From the NCBI GenBank assembly GCA_024742285.1, contig JANSYR010000012.1, positions 36,260 through 100,259 on the forward strand: a stretch of 64,000 nt of DNA, read 5' to 3'. Positions 1 through 11,157 of the stretch are shown here, piece by piece. Each line of letters starts with the position of its first letter. Positions within the stretch are counted from its first letter, which is position 1. The notes beneath the pieces were generated by a model, which did not search any database, was not told where the DNA came from, and saw only the letters and a list, made by a program, of their open reading frames with translations. This DNA is from a bacterium. Its GTDB lineage: Bacteria > Myxococcota_A > UBA9160 > UBA4427. The translations under genes and the position numbers were made by a program.

Positions 1-268
1 ACACGGGGTTGCCCTCGCCACCGTCGTCGAGACCTGGGGCTCGTCGCCCTGTCCGGCGGGCAGCCAGCTCGCCGTCGACGACCGCGGCCACTTCGAGGGA
101 TCCGTCTCCGGGGGTTGCGTCGAAGGAGCGGTGATCGAAGCCGCCGGCGGTGTGATCGAGAGTGGAGCCGCGACGATTCTCGAGTTCGGCGTCGCCGACG
201 AGGACGCCTGGGCGGTCGGCCTCGCCTGTGGCGGTCGGATCCGCGTGTTCGTGGAGCGGATCGGTTGA
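1..268 (+). CDS. XdhC/CoxI-family molybdenum hydroxylase accessory protein, N-terminal domain only (5' partial, frame 2)
   Basis: Frame-2 translation HGVALATVVETWGSSPCPAGSQLAVDDRGHFEGSVSGGCVEGAVIEAAGG...GLACGGRIRVFVERIG matches the XdhC_CoxI N-domain pattern; stop TGA at 266-268. This frame is not in the supplied ORF track because it starts at the window edge. Confidence 0.6.
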   Translation, partial: HGVALATVVETWGSSPCPAGSQLAVDDRGHFEGSVSGGCVEGAVIEAAGGVIESGAATILEFGVADEDAWAVGLACGGRIRVFVERIG

Positions 269-957
269 AGCGTGAGACCCTCGACGCGCTGCTCGACGCG
301 AGAGCGGAGCGGCGACCGGTCGCGCGGCTGACCTGGCTGGACGGAGACCGGGAGGCGTTGGCCTCGCCGGGTGCGCCGGGACTCGAGGCGGCACTCGAGG
401 ACGCGGTGGTCCAGGCGCTCCATTCGGACGCGGCGGTCGTCGCGGAGACCGACGAAGGAAGGGTCTTCGTCCACCCCTTCAACCCGCCCCTGCGCCTCGC
501 GATCGTGGGCGCGGTCCACATCGCGCAGCACCTCGCCGAGCTGGCCGGACGACTCGGCTACGACGTGACCGTCGTCGATCCGCGGCGCGGCTTCCTGACC
601 GAGGCGCGTTTCCCGGGCGTCACCCTCGACGCCCGATGGCCGGACGCGGCGCTCGAGGCCTTCGGTCTCGACGCGCGGAGCGCGGTGGTCACCTTGAGCC
701 ACGATTCGAAGATCGACGAGCCGGCGCTCTCGGTCGCGCTCCGGTCGTCCGCCTTCTATGTCGGCGCGCTCGGGAGTCGCCGGACCCAGGCGAAGCGGCG
801 TGAGCGGCTCCTCGAAGCGGGGCTCGGGGCCGTCGACCTCGAGCGGATCCACGGTCCCGTCGGTCTGGACCTCGGCGCGAAGAGCCCGGCGGAGATCGCG
901 CTCTCGGTCGCCGCCGAGCTGACGGCGACGCTCCGCGATCGGAGCGCCGCTTCGTGA
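265..957 (+). CDS. XdhC-family C-terminal (Rossmann-like) domain protein; either a separate ORF or the frameshifted continuation of the N-domain
   Basis: Frame-1 translation VFVHPFNPPLRLAIVGAVHIAQHLAELAGRLGYDVTVVDPRRGF...GSRRTQAKRRERL is typical of the XdhC C-domain. A candidate TTG start at 265 overlaps the upstream TGA as TTGA. The N-terminal part of the listed 115..957 ORF is Arg-rich junk. Confidence 0.55.
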   Translation: MKRETLDALLDARAERRPVARLTWLDGDREALASPGAPGLEAALEDAVVQALHSDAAVVAETDEGRVFVHPFNPPLRLAIVGAVHIAQHLAELAGRLGYDVTVVDPRRGFLTEARFPGVTLDARWPDAALEAFGLDARSAVVTLSHDSKIDEPALSVALRSSAFYVGALGSRRTQAKRRERLLEAGLGAVDLERIHGPVGLDLGAKSPAEIALSVAAELTATLRDRSAAS

Positions 958-1580
958 GCGAGGACGCGGGCTACGTCGCGATCGTGCTCGCGGCGGGGGC
1001 TTCGCGTCGAATGGGCGAGGGGCGGAACAAGCTCCTCGAAGCGGTCGACGGTCGCGCGCTCGTCGCGCACGCGGTCGATGCGTTCGTCGCCGCCGGTCTC
1101 CAGCGGATCGTCGTGGTGATCGGGCACGAGGCGGATCGCGTTCGCGCGAGCCTCGCCGGTCGGCCGGGTGTCGAGTTCGTCGTGAACGTCGACTGGGCCG
1201 ACGGAATGGGGTGCTCCCTCGCCGCCGGCGCACGTCATCTGATCGAAACGGAGAGCACGCCGGTCGCAGGGGTCTTCGTCACGGTCGGCGATCTCCCGGG
1301 GCTGCCCCCCGCGGCGATCGAGGCGGCTCGCGCCGCGCATGCCGCGGCCCCCGCGGCAGAGGCCATCTGCCTTCCGAGCCATGCCGGTCGCGATGGCCAT
1401 CCGGTGCTCTTCGGACGGGACCACCTCGAAGGACTCGCGGAGCTCGCAGGCGATCGCGGCGCGCGGGCGATCGTGCAGGCGAACGAAGCGAACGTCCGTC
1501 GCGTGGCCGTGGAGAGCGACGGGATCTTCTGCGACGTCGACACGCCCGACGATCTGGCCCGCGCGCGCGGGGCCTCCTAG
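954..1580 (+). CDS. MobA-like nucleotidyltransferase (molybdenum cofactor cytidylyltransferase MocA-like)
   Basis: N-terminus IVLAAGASRRMG...NKLL resembles the MobA/MocA GTP/CTP-binding motif; GTG start overlaps the upstream stop as GTGA; context is next to XdhC. Confidence 0.7.
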   Translation: MSEDAGYVAIVLAAGASRRMGEGRNKLLEAVDGRALVAHAVDAFVAAGLQRIVVVIGHEADRVRASLAGRPGVEFVVNVDWADGMGCSLAAGARHLIETESTPVAGVFVTVGDLPGLPPAAIEAARAAHAAAPAAEAICLPSHAGRDGHPVLFGRDHLEGLAELAGDRGARAIVQANEANVRRVAVESDGIFCDVDTPDDLARARGAS

Positions 1581-1737
1581 GTCACGGGTGCGTTCCGCGC
1601 GCCGACCCGGCGTCGATCGCGCCCCCGGTTTCCCTGTGATAGCAATGGTGGCCCGCCGGACCCGGCGGGATCCCGCCTAGCCCGGGCGCGTCGAGCCACG
1701 AGACGTCGCGCCCGTCCCACCCGAGGAGAAGACCCCC

Positions 1738-2211
1738 ATGGAAGAGATTCGGTTCGACGACATCGAGGCCCTGCAGAAGCACGTAAGCGAGGAGTACGGC
1801 GAGTTCGGCGAGCCGATCGAGGTCACCCAGGACATGGTGAACCAGTTCGCGGACGTGACCGGGGACCACCAGTGGATCCACATCGACGTCGAGCGCTGCA
1901 AGAAGGAGAGCCCCTTCGGCGGGCCGATCGTCCACGGCTTCTTCACGCTCTCGCTCATGCCGAAGCTCTCCCAGACCCTCCCGCAGAGCTACAAGACGAC
2001 CGGCGTGAAGAATGCGGTCAACTACGGCTCGGACAAGCTCCGCTTCCTCTCGCCGGTCCCCGTCGGCTCGAAGCTCCACGCGCGAAGCCGGCTCGTCTCC
2101 GTCGAAGCCGGCAAGAAGGGCGTGCGCATCGAACAGGAGGCGGCGATCCACGTCGTCGGCTCCGAGCGCCCGGCGGTCCTCTACAACATGATCACGATGC
2201 TCCAGGGATAG
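1738..2211 (+). CDS. MaoC-like (R)-specific enoyl-CoA hydratase / hotdog-fold dehydratase
   Basis: 157 aa hotdog-fold-like sequence with a MaoC-type HGFFTLSL segment; clean ATG start with AGGAG-like upstream purine tract. Confidence 0.7.
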   Translation: MEEIRFDDIEALQKHVSEEYGEFGEPIEVTQDMVNQFADVTGDHQWIHIDVERCKKESPFGGPIVHGFFTLSLMPKLSQTLPQSYKTTGVKNAVNYGSDKLRFLSPVPVGSKLHARSRLVSVEAGKKGVRIEQEAAIHVVGSERPAVLYNMITMLQG

Positions 2212-2227
2212 GGTCGGGTCGGGCGTC

Positions 2228-3493
2228 TTGCCGTCGCCTCCCCATCCGCACTTCTCCGGCTGGCGGGTCTGCGCGTATTCGGCGCTGACCCAGGCGCTCG
2301 CGATCGGCTTCACCCTGGGTGCGGTCGGTCTCTTCGCGGCGCCGGTCGGCGAGGAGTTCGGGATCTCGGCCACGCTCTTCAATGTCGGCGTCGGAGGGTT
2401 CACCCTCGTGATGAACCTGTCGATGCCGCTGATCGGGCGTGCCCTCGACCGCGGCTCGATTCGCAACGTGATGGCGGTCGGCGCCGTCGTGCTCGCGGCG
2501 AGCCTCGTCGGGATCGCGGTCGCGACCGAGGTCTGGCAGGTCGCGGTCTGCTGGATCGTCGGGTGCGCGCTCGGGATGGCGATGCTCGGACCGGTGGCCT
2601 CGTCGACGGCGATGGCGAACTGGTTCGATCGTCTGCGCGGACGCGCGATCGGGATCGCCAACGTCGGCGCGCCGGCGGGGCCGCTGGTGATCGTGCCGAT
2701 CGCCGCACTCGCCTTCGAACCCTTCGGCTGGCGGCCGGTCCTGCTCGCCTTCGCAGCGGCGAGCTTGTTGGTCGCCCTGCCGGCGGCGCGCTTCGGCATG
2801 ATCGATCGTCCCGGCGAGGTCGGGCAACGACCGGACGGCGAGGATCCGCCCGAGGCCGCCGGATTCGCGGGTTCCCTCGCGGACGAGGGCGCGTGGGACG
2901 CGCCCTCGATCCTGCGTTCGCGGGCGTTCTGGATGCTCGCGCTCGGGGCGGCGCTCTTCGGCGGCCAGGGGATCGTCGTCGGCGCGAACTCGATCCCCTT
3001 CCTCCAGCACCGCGGCGCGAGCGTGGCGCTCTCGGGCGCCGTGCCGATCGCGATGGGCGTCGGTGCGATCACCGGTCCGCTCGTCTTCGGGTCCCTGGCC
3101 GATCGGATCCATCCGCGGAGCCTCTTCATCGGACTCTGCGGCCTGGTCGTGGTCGCCTTCGGGGCGCTGCTGCTGCCCTTGCCGCTCCCGGCACTGCTCG
3201 GACTGCTCGTGGTGTGCGGGCTCGTCGGTGGCTCGATGATGCCGGTCTATGGCGCCGCGATCGGGCGTCTCTTCGGCGTGGCCTCGTTCGGGCAGGCGAT
3301 GGGGCTCGGCGCGCTCGTTGCCGTCCCCATCGGCGCCGGCGCGCCGATTGCGTTCGGCTACGCCTTCGACGCCACGGGAAGCTACGCGGCGGGCCTCGCC
3401 GGGTTGATGGTGGCGATGACGATCGCGGCCGGCTTCTTCTTCGGCGTGCCGACCGGGCGGGCGCCGCGTCCCGAAGCGCGCGGATCGAGCTGA
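2228..3493 (+). CDS. MFS transporter
   Basis: Hydrophobic Gly/Ala-rich protein of about 420 aa with about 12 predicted TM segments and an MFS-like central loop; start codon uncertain. Confidence 0.65.
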   Translation: MPSPPHPHFSGWRVCAYSALTQALAIGFTLGAVGLFAAPVGEEFGISATLFNVGVGGFTLVMNLSMPLIGRALDRGSIRNVMAVGAVVLAASLVGIAVATEVWQVAVCWIVGCALGMAMLGPVASSTAMANWFDRLRGRAIGIANVGAPAGPLVIVPIAALAFEPFGWRPVLLAFAAASLLVALPAARFGMIDRPGEVGQRPDGEDPPEAAGFAGSLADEGAWDAPSILRSRAFWMLALGAALFGGQGIVVGANSIPFLQHRGASVALSGAVPIAMGVGAITGPLVFGSLADRIHPRSLFIGLCGLVVVAFGALLLPLPLPALLGLLVVCGLVGGSMMPVYGAAIGRLFGVASFGQAMGLGALVAVPIGAGAPIAFGYAFDATGSYAAGLAGLMVAMTIAAGFFFGVPTGRAPRPEARGSS

Positions 3494-3496
3494 TCG

Positions 3497-4726
3497 CTAG
3501 GCGAAGCGGGCGCGCAGCGCTTCGAGGTCGAGCTTCGTCGCCGCCGCGATCGACTCGGCGCCGGGGCCGTCTTCGAGGTCGCCGGCCGCGAGTCGCGTCT
3601 GCAGCTTCATCGCCGTCGCGAATCCCTCGGTGGTCGTGTCGAGCATCCGGACCGGCGTCTTGCCCGTCTTCGGATCGATCAGCTCGTCGAAGGGGATCGG
3701 CACGATCCGCCCGTTCTGGCGAGTGATCATGACGTGGCCGGTTCCCGCGAGCAGGGTCGCGACCGCGCCGGCGCCGAGCTCCCGGGTGTACTCCTGGTCG
3801 TACGCGCACGGGGCGACGCAGCGACACTCGTAGCCCACGTCCTTGAGGACGATGGTCGCCTTGATGCCATGCTCGCCGAGGGCGTCCTGGACGCGCTCGC
3901 GGACGAGGCGGCCGAGGGGGAACTCGGCGAGGCGCAGGTGGCCGTGCTCGTCTCGGGGCAGATCGGGCAGGTGGGCGAGGTCGTCCGGATCGATCGATTC
4001 GCCGAGACCCTCGGCGAGCACGATCACGCCGTGGGGGCGGCCCTCGGCGGTGCTCTTCAGGATCGTGCCCTCGACGCGACGGGCGAGCTCTTCGAGGCGG
4101 AGCTTGCGGTCGCCGTATTCCTCGGCGACCACCGCGAGGGTCGCGTTCGCGGCATGGGCGGCACCGAGGGCGAGGTGTCCGGCGTTGCGGCCCATCATCG
4201 TGATGATGAACCAGCGACCCGACGTGCGCGCGTCTTCGCGGAGCGTCGAGAGCACGCTGCTCGCCGTGGCGCGGGCGCTCTCGAAGCCGAAGGTCGGGAC
4301 GCCGGGCGGGAGCGGGAGGTCGTTGTCGATCGTCTTCGGGACGTGGACGACCTTCAGTCTTTCCCCCGCCGCCTCGGCGACGGTTCGCGCCGAGAAGCAG
4401 GTGTCGTCGCCGCCGATCGAGATCAGGTGGTCGACGCCGAGCCGGTCGAGGGAGTCGATCACCCGGTCGAGGTTCGCGGGATCCTTCGTCGGGTTGGCGC
4501 GGGACGTGCGAAGCACGGAGCCGCCGAGCTCGTGGATCCGGTTCACGGCTTCTTCGTCGAGGTCGATCACGTGCTCGATGTCGCCCTGCATGAGCCACTC
4601 GAAGCCCTGGATGCAGCCGACGACACGAGACCCGTTCGCGCGAGCGGCGAGCGTCGCTGCGCTGATCACGCCGTTGATTCCCGGCGCCGGTCCTCCACCG
4701 ACCACGATTCCGAACGTCGCCATCAC
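3497..4726 (-). CDS. 6-phosphofructokinase, probably pyrophosphate-dependent (PfkA family)
   Basis: PFK motifs: GGPAPGINGVI, GGDDT (Asp in place of the ATP-PFK GGDGS Gly), PKTIDNDL (Lys in place of E. coli Gly124), MGRNAGHLAL. The Asp/Lys pair is the recognised signature of PPi-PFK. Confidence 0.7.
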   Translation of the reverse strand: MMATFGIVVGGGPAPGINGVISAATLAARANGSRVVGCIQGFEWLMQGDIEHVIDLDEEAVNRIHELGGSVLRTSRANPTKDPANLDRVIDSLDRLGVDHLISIGGDDTCFSARTVAEAAGERLKVVHVPKTIDNDLPLPPGVPTFGFESARATASSVLSTLREDARTSGRWFIITMMGRNAGHLALGAAHAANATLAVVAEEYGDRKLRLEELARRVEGTILKSTAEGRPHGVIVLAEGLGESIDPDDLAHLPDLPRDEHGHLRLAEFPLGRLVRERVQDALGEHGIKATIVLKDVGYECRCVAPCAYDQEYTRELGAGAVATLLAGTGHVMITRQNGRIVPIPFDELIDPKTGKTPVRMLDTTTEGFATAMKLQTRLAAGDLEDGPGAESIAAATKLDLEALRARFA

Positions 4727-4793
4727 ACCCTCCTCGAACGAGTCGCGCGGGAACGTAGCCGGATCGCTCCGGGAATTCAGCGTTTACGCGGGC

Positions 4794-5285
4794 CTATTCC
4801 CGCTTGGCGCCGATCATCGTCGCGCCCAGCACGAGCGGCTCGTCTCCGAGGACCCGCCAGGCGTGCTTCGTGCCGCGCTGGACGACGCAGTCGCCCTGCT
4901 GGACGAGCTCCTTCCGCCCGTCGTCGAGCTCGAGCTCCGCGGCGCCGCTCACGATGATCACGTAGTCGATCGTGTCGGTCGTGTGCATCTCCGGATCGTC
5001 GGGGTCGAAGTAGCGGGCGATCTCCGGCGGTAGCTCGAAGTCACCGTGGCCCTCGGGACGATCCTTCGTCGGCGGGACGGTCACGATCTTGAAGCTCGTC
5101 TCGCCCTCCACGGCGAAGTAGCCGATCTGTGCGGGCGATTCGGCGGGGGTCGCGTCCGGGACGCTCGGCGGGCCCTTCGTCGACCAGAGCTCGAAGCTTC
5201 CGGGCGAGGTCGTCCTCGGCGGTTCGCCGGCATGCTGAAAGATGGATCGGCCTTCGGCATCGTGGCCGGTCACGACGAGCTTCAT
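4794..5285 (-). CDS. cupin domain protein
   Basis: 163 aa small beta-barrel-like protein with a cupin-like C-terminal half (GDCVVQRGTKHAW). Confidence 0.5.
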   Translation of the reverse strand: MKLVVTGHDAEGRSIFQHAGEPPRTTSPGSFELWSTKGPPSVPDATPAESPAQIGYFAVEGETSFKIVTVPPTKDRPEGHGDFELPPEIARYFDPDDPEMHTTDTIDYVIIVSGAAELELDDGRKELVQQGDCVVQRGTKHAWRVLGDEPLVLGATMIGAKRE

Positions 5286-5383
5286 CGAACTCCCTCCTGG
5301 CCGGGGCCTGGCAGCGCGGTCATCGGTCGGGCTCTACGATGGTGGCAGATCGATTCGGCGGGACAATCCGGGGAGGAGCGGGA

Positions 5384-6289
5384 ATGGCGGAGGCGGGACG
5401 CCGCGCGTTCGTGACGGGCGGGACGCGGGGGATCGGCAAGAGCATCTGCCGCGAGTTCGCGCGCGCGGGCTTCGACGTCGCGTTCACGGGCCGGACCCTG
5501 CACGAGGGGGAAGGGCGGGAAGAGGACGAGCAGGGCAATGCGACGCCCCTCGAAGGCAGCCTCGAATCGACGCGCGCCGAGGTCGAGGCCTTCGGCCGCG
5601 AGGCGCTTCCGATCCAGCTCGATCTGCTCGATCCGGAATCCGTCGACGCCGGCGCACGGACGGCCCTCGACGCCTGGCGCGGGGTCGACGTCCTCGTCAA
5701 CAACGCGATGTACGAGATGGGTCGCTACACGAACGCCTGGATCAAGGACACGCCGATGGAAGAGTTCGCGGCGAAGATCCAGGCCAACTTCCTGGCGCCG
5801 ATCGCCCTGGTGAAGCGTTTCCTGCCCGGGATGATCGAGCGCGGCGGCGGGCGGGTCATCAACCTCTCCACCCGGCACAACTACCAGAAGCAGGGGGGGC
5901 CGCCGGGGCAGGGTGGGGCGGGCGTGTCCTACAACTGCTCGAAGGCGGCCTGCGGGAAGATCGCCGACGGGCTCGCGGCGGAGCACGACCGCGACGGGAT
6001 CGTCGCCTTCGACCTGGATCCCGGCCCCGTCATGACCGAGCGCTTCCACACCCAGGGCCACCGGCTCGGCTACCCGAAGACGCTCTTCTGCCCGGTCGAA
6101 GTTCCCGCGGTGGCCGCGCTCTGGCTGGCGACCGAGGACGAGGCGGCCGAGTACAACGGCCAGCACTTCATGGCGCAGGAGTTCGTCCGGCAGCGCGGGC
6201 TCTGGGAAGACTGGGAGAGCGTGCTGCCGATGAACCGCGGCTGGACGCCGACGGCGATCCTCGACTGGCGCGAGCCGCGGGGGCGCTGA
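5384..6289 (+). CDS. SDR-family oxidoreductase
   Basis: ATG at 5384 preceded by GGAGGAG; TGGTRGIGKSI Rossmann motif, NNAM, YNCSKAA catalytic YxxxK. The listed ORF start at 5129 is an upstream extension. Confidence 0.7.
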   Translation: MAEAGRRAFVTGGTRGIGKSICREFARAGFDVAFTGRTLHEGEGREEDEQGNATPLEGSLESTRAEVEAFGREALPIQLDLLDPESVDAGARTALDAWRGVDVLVNNAMYEMGRYTNAWIKDTPMEEFAAKIQANFLAPIALVKRFLPGMIERGGGRVINLSTRHNYQKQGGPPGQGGAGVSYNCSKAACGKIADGLAAEHDRDGIVAFDLDPGPVMTERFHTQGHRLGYPKTLFCPVEVPAVAALWLATEDEAAEYNGQHFMAQEFVRQRGLWEDWESVLPMNRGWTPTAILDWREPRGR

Positions 6290-6421
6290 CCGACGACGAG
6301 GGGCCGCCAGGGGCCCCGAGGACGCTCCGATTGCGGGTGTGTTGCCACCTCGCGGGCCCGATCCGGCAGCTACAATGACCGGCATTCACTCGGCCGCCTT
6401 CCCCACCCGGCCGGACCAGGA

Positions 6422-8176
<1,755 letters not shown>

Positions 8177-8202
8177 GAATCCACACCGGGAGGGCGACGT
8201 CG

Positions 8203-9474
8203 ATGGCGGCATCCGAAGAGATCGGACGGGATACGCAGTTCGGGACCTATCGCGGGGCGGGGCTTCCCTGGGTCGACTTCGATGCGTTCCATCAGGAAGA
8301 GCTCCCCAGGCGCCTCGAAGAGGGTGTGAACGAGCAGGTCGCCTGGGACGTGGCCGGTCGCGATCCGATCTCGATCGGATTGCCGGACGGTCGCTTCTAC
8401 ACCTACCGATGTCGTGAGGGGCGCATCCTCGTGGAGCCCGGGCAGGCGAAGGATGCCCGGACCATCCTCGAGATCGTCGATCACGAGTCCTGGCTCGACT
8501 ATCTCTACGAGTTCCGAACCCGCTACGGCCTCCTCTTCAGCAACGCCGTGCGCTTCGTTCGCGGGGATTTCGAGACCTGGGACGAATGGGAGCCGGCGAT
8601 CCGCTGCATGTACTCGGGTCGGCCGATCTACGATCCGGAGCGTATCGAGTTCCGTGATCTCGCGGGCGAGCCGCTCGATCTCCATCGGAGCTTCGAGACC
8701 GGCGACGACCCCGAAGAGATGTCGAACTTTCTTCGGCAGACCGGGTTCCTCGTCGTGCGGCGCGCCTACGACCCGGAGCTGATCGCGACGCTCGGGAGCG
8801 AGCTCGATCGGGTGATCGCCGAGTCGACCGAGGGAAACCTCTACTCCTGGTGGGCGACGGACGCCGAGGGTGACCGCTTCCCCTATCGACTGACGTATCT
8901 CTCCGAGCAGTCCGAGATGATCGCGGGCCTCTACGACCATCCCCGGACGCGTCAGCTCGTCGCCCTCTCGAAGGAGGACGTCGTGCCGGTCCCCGATCGG
9001 ATCGAAGGGATCCTCGCGGTCGTGAAGAAGGAGGGCCTCGAGGCGGACGCCTCGGGTTACGCGAACCTCGAGTACCACTCGGACTGCGGCTTCGGCGCCT
9101 GCCACACGACGTGTCCCTGCGTCCTGGTCGGGATCCAGGTCGACGCCGCCGGCCCGGCGAGCTCCCAGCTCCACATGATGGCCGGGAGCTGGGGCAAGGC
9201 GTATCACAACGTCCCGTCGCAGATCACGCCCGACCGCTATCCCCTCGTCCCGATCGTGGCGGAGCCCGGAGACGCGACGGTCCACTTCGGCTGCGGGCTG
9301 CACGCCGGACCGCCGCCGACCGGTTCCGATCGTCGACGCACGCTCTACGTCCAGCACTACAGCCCGGGTGCGAGTCGGCTGATCGGTCGACACCAGGGCT
9401 ACAACCAGATCATGCCGGGCTACGGCGTCGGCGACATTCCGAACATCGACGAGATGCGCGAGCGCGTCGAGTAG
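8203..9474 (+). CDS. Putative Fe(II)/2-oxoglutarate-dependent dioxygenase (PhyH-like) with an extra N-terminal domain of about 170 aa
   Basis: C-terminal half has a PhyH-like start (GFLVVRRAYDPELIATL), HSD...H (LEYHSDCGF ... VHFGCGLHAG) and a candidate Arg. GGGAGGG RBS 8 nt upstream. Assignment is tentative. Confidence 0.4.
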   Translation: MAASEEIGRDTQFGTYRGAGLPWVDFDAFHQEELPRRLEEGVNEQVAWDVAGRDPISIGLPDGRFYTYRCREGRILVEPGQAKDARTILEIVDHESWLDYLYEFRTRYGLLFSNAVRFVRGDFETWDEWEPAIRCMYSGRPIYDPERIEFRDLAGEPLDLHRSFETGDDPEEMSNFLRQTGFLVVRRAYDPELIATLGSELDRVIAESTEGNLYSWWATDAEGDRFPYRLTYLSEQSEMIAGLYDHPRTRQLVALSKEDVVPVPDRIEGILAVVKKEGLEADASGYANLEYHSDCGFGACHTTCPCVLVGIQVDAAGPASSQLHMMAGSWGKAYHNVPSQITPDRYPLVPIVAEPGDATVHFGCGLHAGPPPTGSDRRRTLYVQHYSPGASRLIGRHQGYNQIMPGYGVGDIPNIDEMRERVE

Positions 9475-9517
9475 TCGTCCGGACGATCCGATTCCCGCCC
9501 GATCCCCAGGAGTCCCC

Positions 9518-10717
9518 ATGAAGCGCTACCTCGCGATCTCCTCCGACGGTCACGCCGGGCCGCAGCCCCAGCACTACCGCCCCTACGTCGACGCGAAGTA
9601 CCGCGACCTCTTCGACGAGGCCCTGAAGGTCCAGATCAAGCAGACGCAGGAAGCCGAGAAGATGTTCCTGATCGCGGACATCAACGAGAAGTGGCGAGAG
9701 GGCCACGAGTACGAGCTGACCGGGGCCTGGGATCACGACGCGCGGATCAAGGTCTGCGACGACGACGGCGTCGCGGCCGAGGTGCTCTTCCCCGACGGCA
9801 TCACCGAGATGAACTCGCCGCCCTTCGGCGCCGGCCTCGGACTGCCCACCAAGGACGTCGACCCGGAGCTCCAGTGGGCCGGCGCGCGGGCGCACAACCG
9901 ATGGACCGCGGAGTTCTGTCAGATGGCGCCGGAGCGGCGCTGCGGCGTCGCGGTCGTCCCGCTCATGTGGGACGTCGACGAGGCGATCAAGGAAGCGAAG
10001 TGGGCGCGGGAGCAGGACATGCGCTCGGTGATGATCCCCGTCATGTGGAACGATCATCCGCCCTACAACGATCCCTGCTACGACCCGTTCTGGGCCGTCT
10101 GCGAGGATCTCGGGCTGGTCGTGAACTACCACTCCGGGCCCGCGCCGCAGGAAGAGTATTTCGGGATCTGGCCCCCGAAGCCCGGCGACGAGATGCGTCG
10201 CGGCGGCATGGGCTGTTATCTCTCCGAGGTGCTCTGGTTCGTCGCGCGCCCACTCACGTTCCTGATCTGGGGCGGCGTCTTCGAGAAGTTCCCCAAGCTC
10301 AAGGTCTCGACGACCGAAGGGATGGCCGACTGGGTTCCGCATCAGCTCGGGATCTGGGACTGGCACTACGAGCACTCCGCCCAGGAGCAGAAGCTCGGGG
10401 ATTACGTGAGCCACCTCTCGATGAAGCCGTCGGAGTATTTCCGCCGGAACGTGCGCGTGGGCTCGATGGTCACGCGCAAGGAAGCGCTCGATCGAGAGAA
10501 CATCGGGATCAAGAGCTTCATGTGGGGTACCGACTATCCCCACCCGGAAGGAACCTGGCCCTCGACCGAGGAGAAGATCGATACCGCCTTCGAGGGGCTG
10601 CCCGAGGACGACATCGCGAACATTCTCGGGATCAACGCCGCCGAGTGGTACGACTTCGACGTAGAGAAGCTGGCGCCGATCGTGGACCGGATCGGACCGA
10701 CGGCGGATCGGTTCTAG
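9518..10717 (+). CDS. Amidohydrolase-2 family metal-dependent hydrolase (ACMSD-like)
   Basis: ISSDGHAGP N-terminus, HSGP, WGTDYPHPEG C-terminal motif typical of PF04909. Confidence 0.65.
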   Translation: MKRYLAISSDGHAGPQPQHYRPYVDAKYRDLFDEALKVQIKQTQEAEKMFLIADINEKWREGHEYELTGAWDHDARIKVCDDDGVAAEVLFPDGITEMNSPPFGAGLGLPTKDVDPELQWAGARAHNRWTAEFCQMAPERRCGVAVVPLMWDVDEAIKEAKWAREQDMRSVMIPVMWNDHPPYNDPCYDPFWAVCEDLGLVVNYHSGPAPQEEYFGIWPPKPGDEMRRGGMGCYLSEVLWFVARPLTFLIWGGVFEKFPKLKVSTTEGMADWVPHQLGIWDWHYEHSAQEQKLGDYVSHLSMKPSEYFRRNVRVGSMVTRKEALDRENIGIKSFMWGTDYPHPEGTWPSTEEKIDTAFEGLPEDDIANILGINAAEWYDFDVEKLAPIVDRIGPTADRF

Positions 10718-11157
10718 TCCCGCATCCCCGTCTCGTGGAGATGGCGCCAGCGCCATCCGGATCCGCGCGCGTCCCGCAGGAGCCAGACCGAGGAGCGCCG
10801 CGCGTTCTCCGGTGGCGTCGACTGCCGGGCGCCGCGCTGACGTTCGACGTAGGTCGCGACCACGCGTACGCCGTCCTCGCTTCGGTCGACGTCGACGACG
10901 CGCACGTCTTCGATCGTGATCCGGAAGTCGGGATTCGAGCCGTACTCGGCACGGATCTTCTCGAGGATCGTTCGGCCGGGGTGTGCGATCCCCGACGGCT
11001 GGATGTTGATCATCGCCGTCGGCCACCTCGCCGAGAGGTTGCGATCGAAGACGGCGTCGTCTCTCGGGACGTCCCCCCGGAACCACGCCGAGAGATAGTC
11101 GTGAAAGGCCTCGACTTCCGCCGCGACCTCGCGAGCGAGCGCGTCGCCCTCGCTCAT
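10714..11157 (-). CDS. SnoaL-like / NTF2-fold protein (DUF4440-like)
   Basis: 147 aa; small fold pattern EVEAFHDYLSAWFRGD; overlaps neighbours by 4 nt on both sides. Confidence 0.45.
   Translation of the reverse strand: MSEGDALAREVAAEVEAFHDYLSAWFRGDVPRDDAVFDRNLSARWPTAMINIQPSGIAHPGRTILEKIRAEYGSNPDFRITIEDVRVVDVDRSEDGVRVVATYVERQRGARQSTPPENARRSSVWLLRDARGSGWRWRHLHETGMRD

Noticed and set aside
1582-4598. Long minus-strand ORFs (1582..3129, 3126..4598 and similar) and many Arg/Pro/Ala-rich ORFs throughout (e.g. 16064..18256, 37880..41737, 43455..48791, 30842..32380)
   Set aside because: These are antisense or out-of-frame artefacts of 70% GC content. They give low-complexity Arg/Pro/Gly-rich translations that overlap well-supported genes on the other strand or frame.
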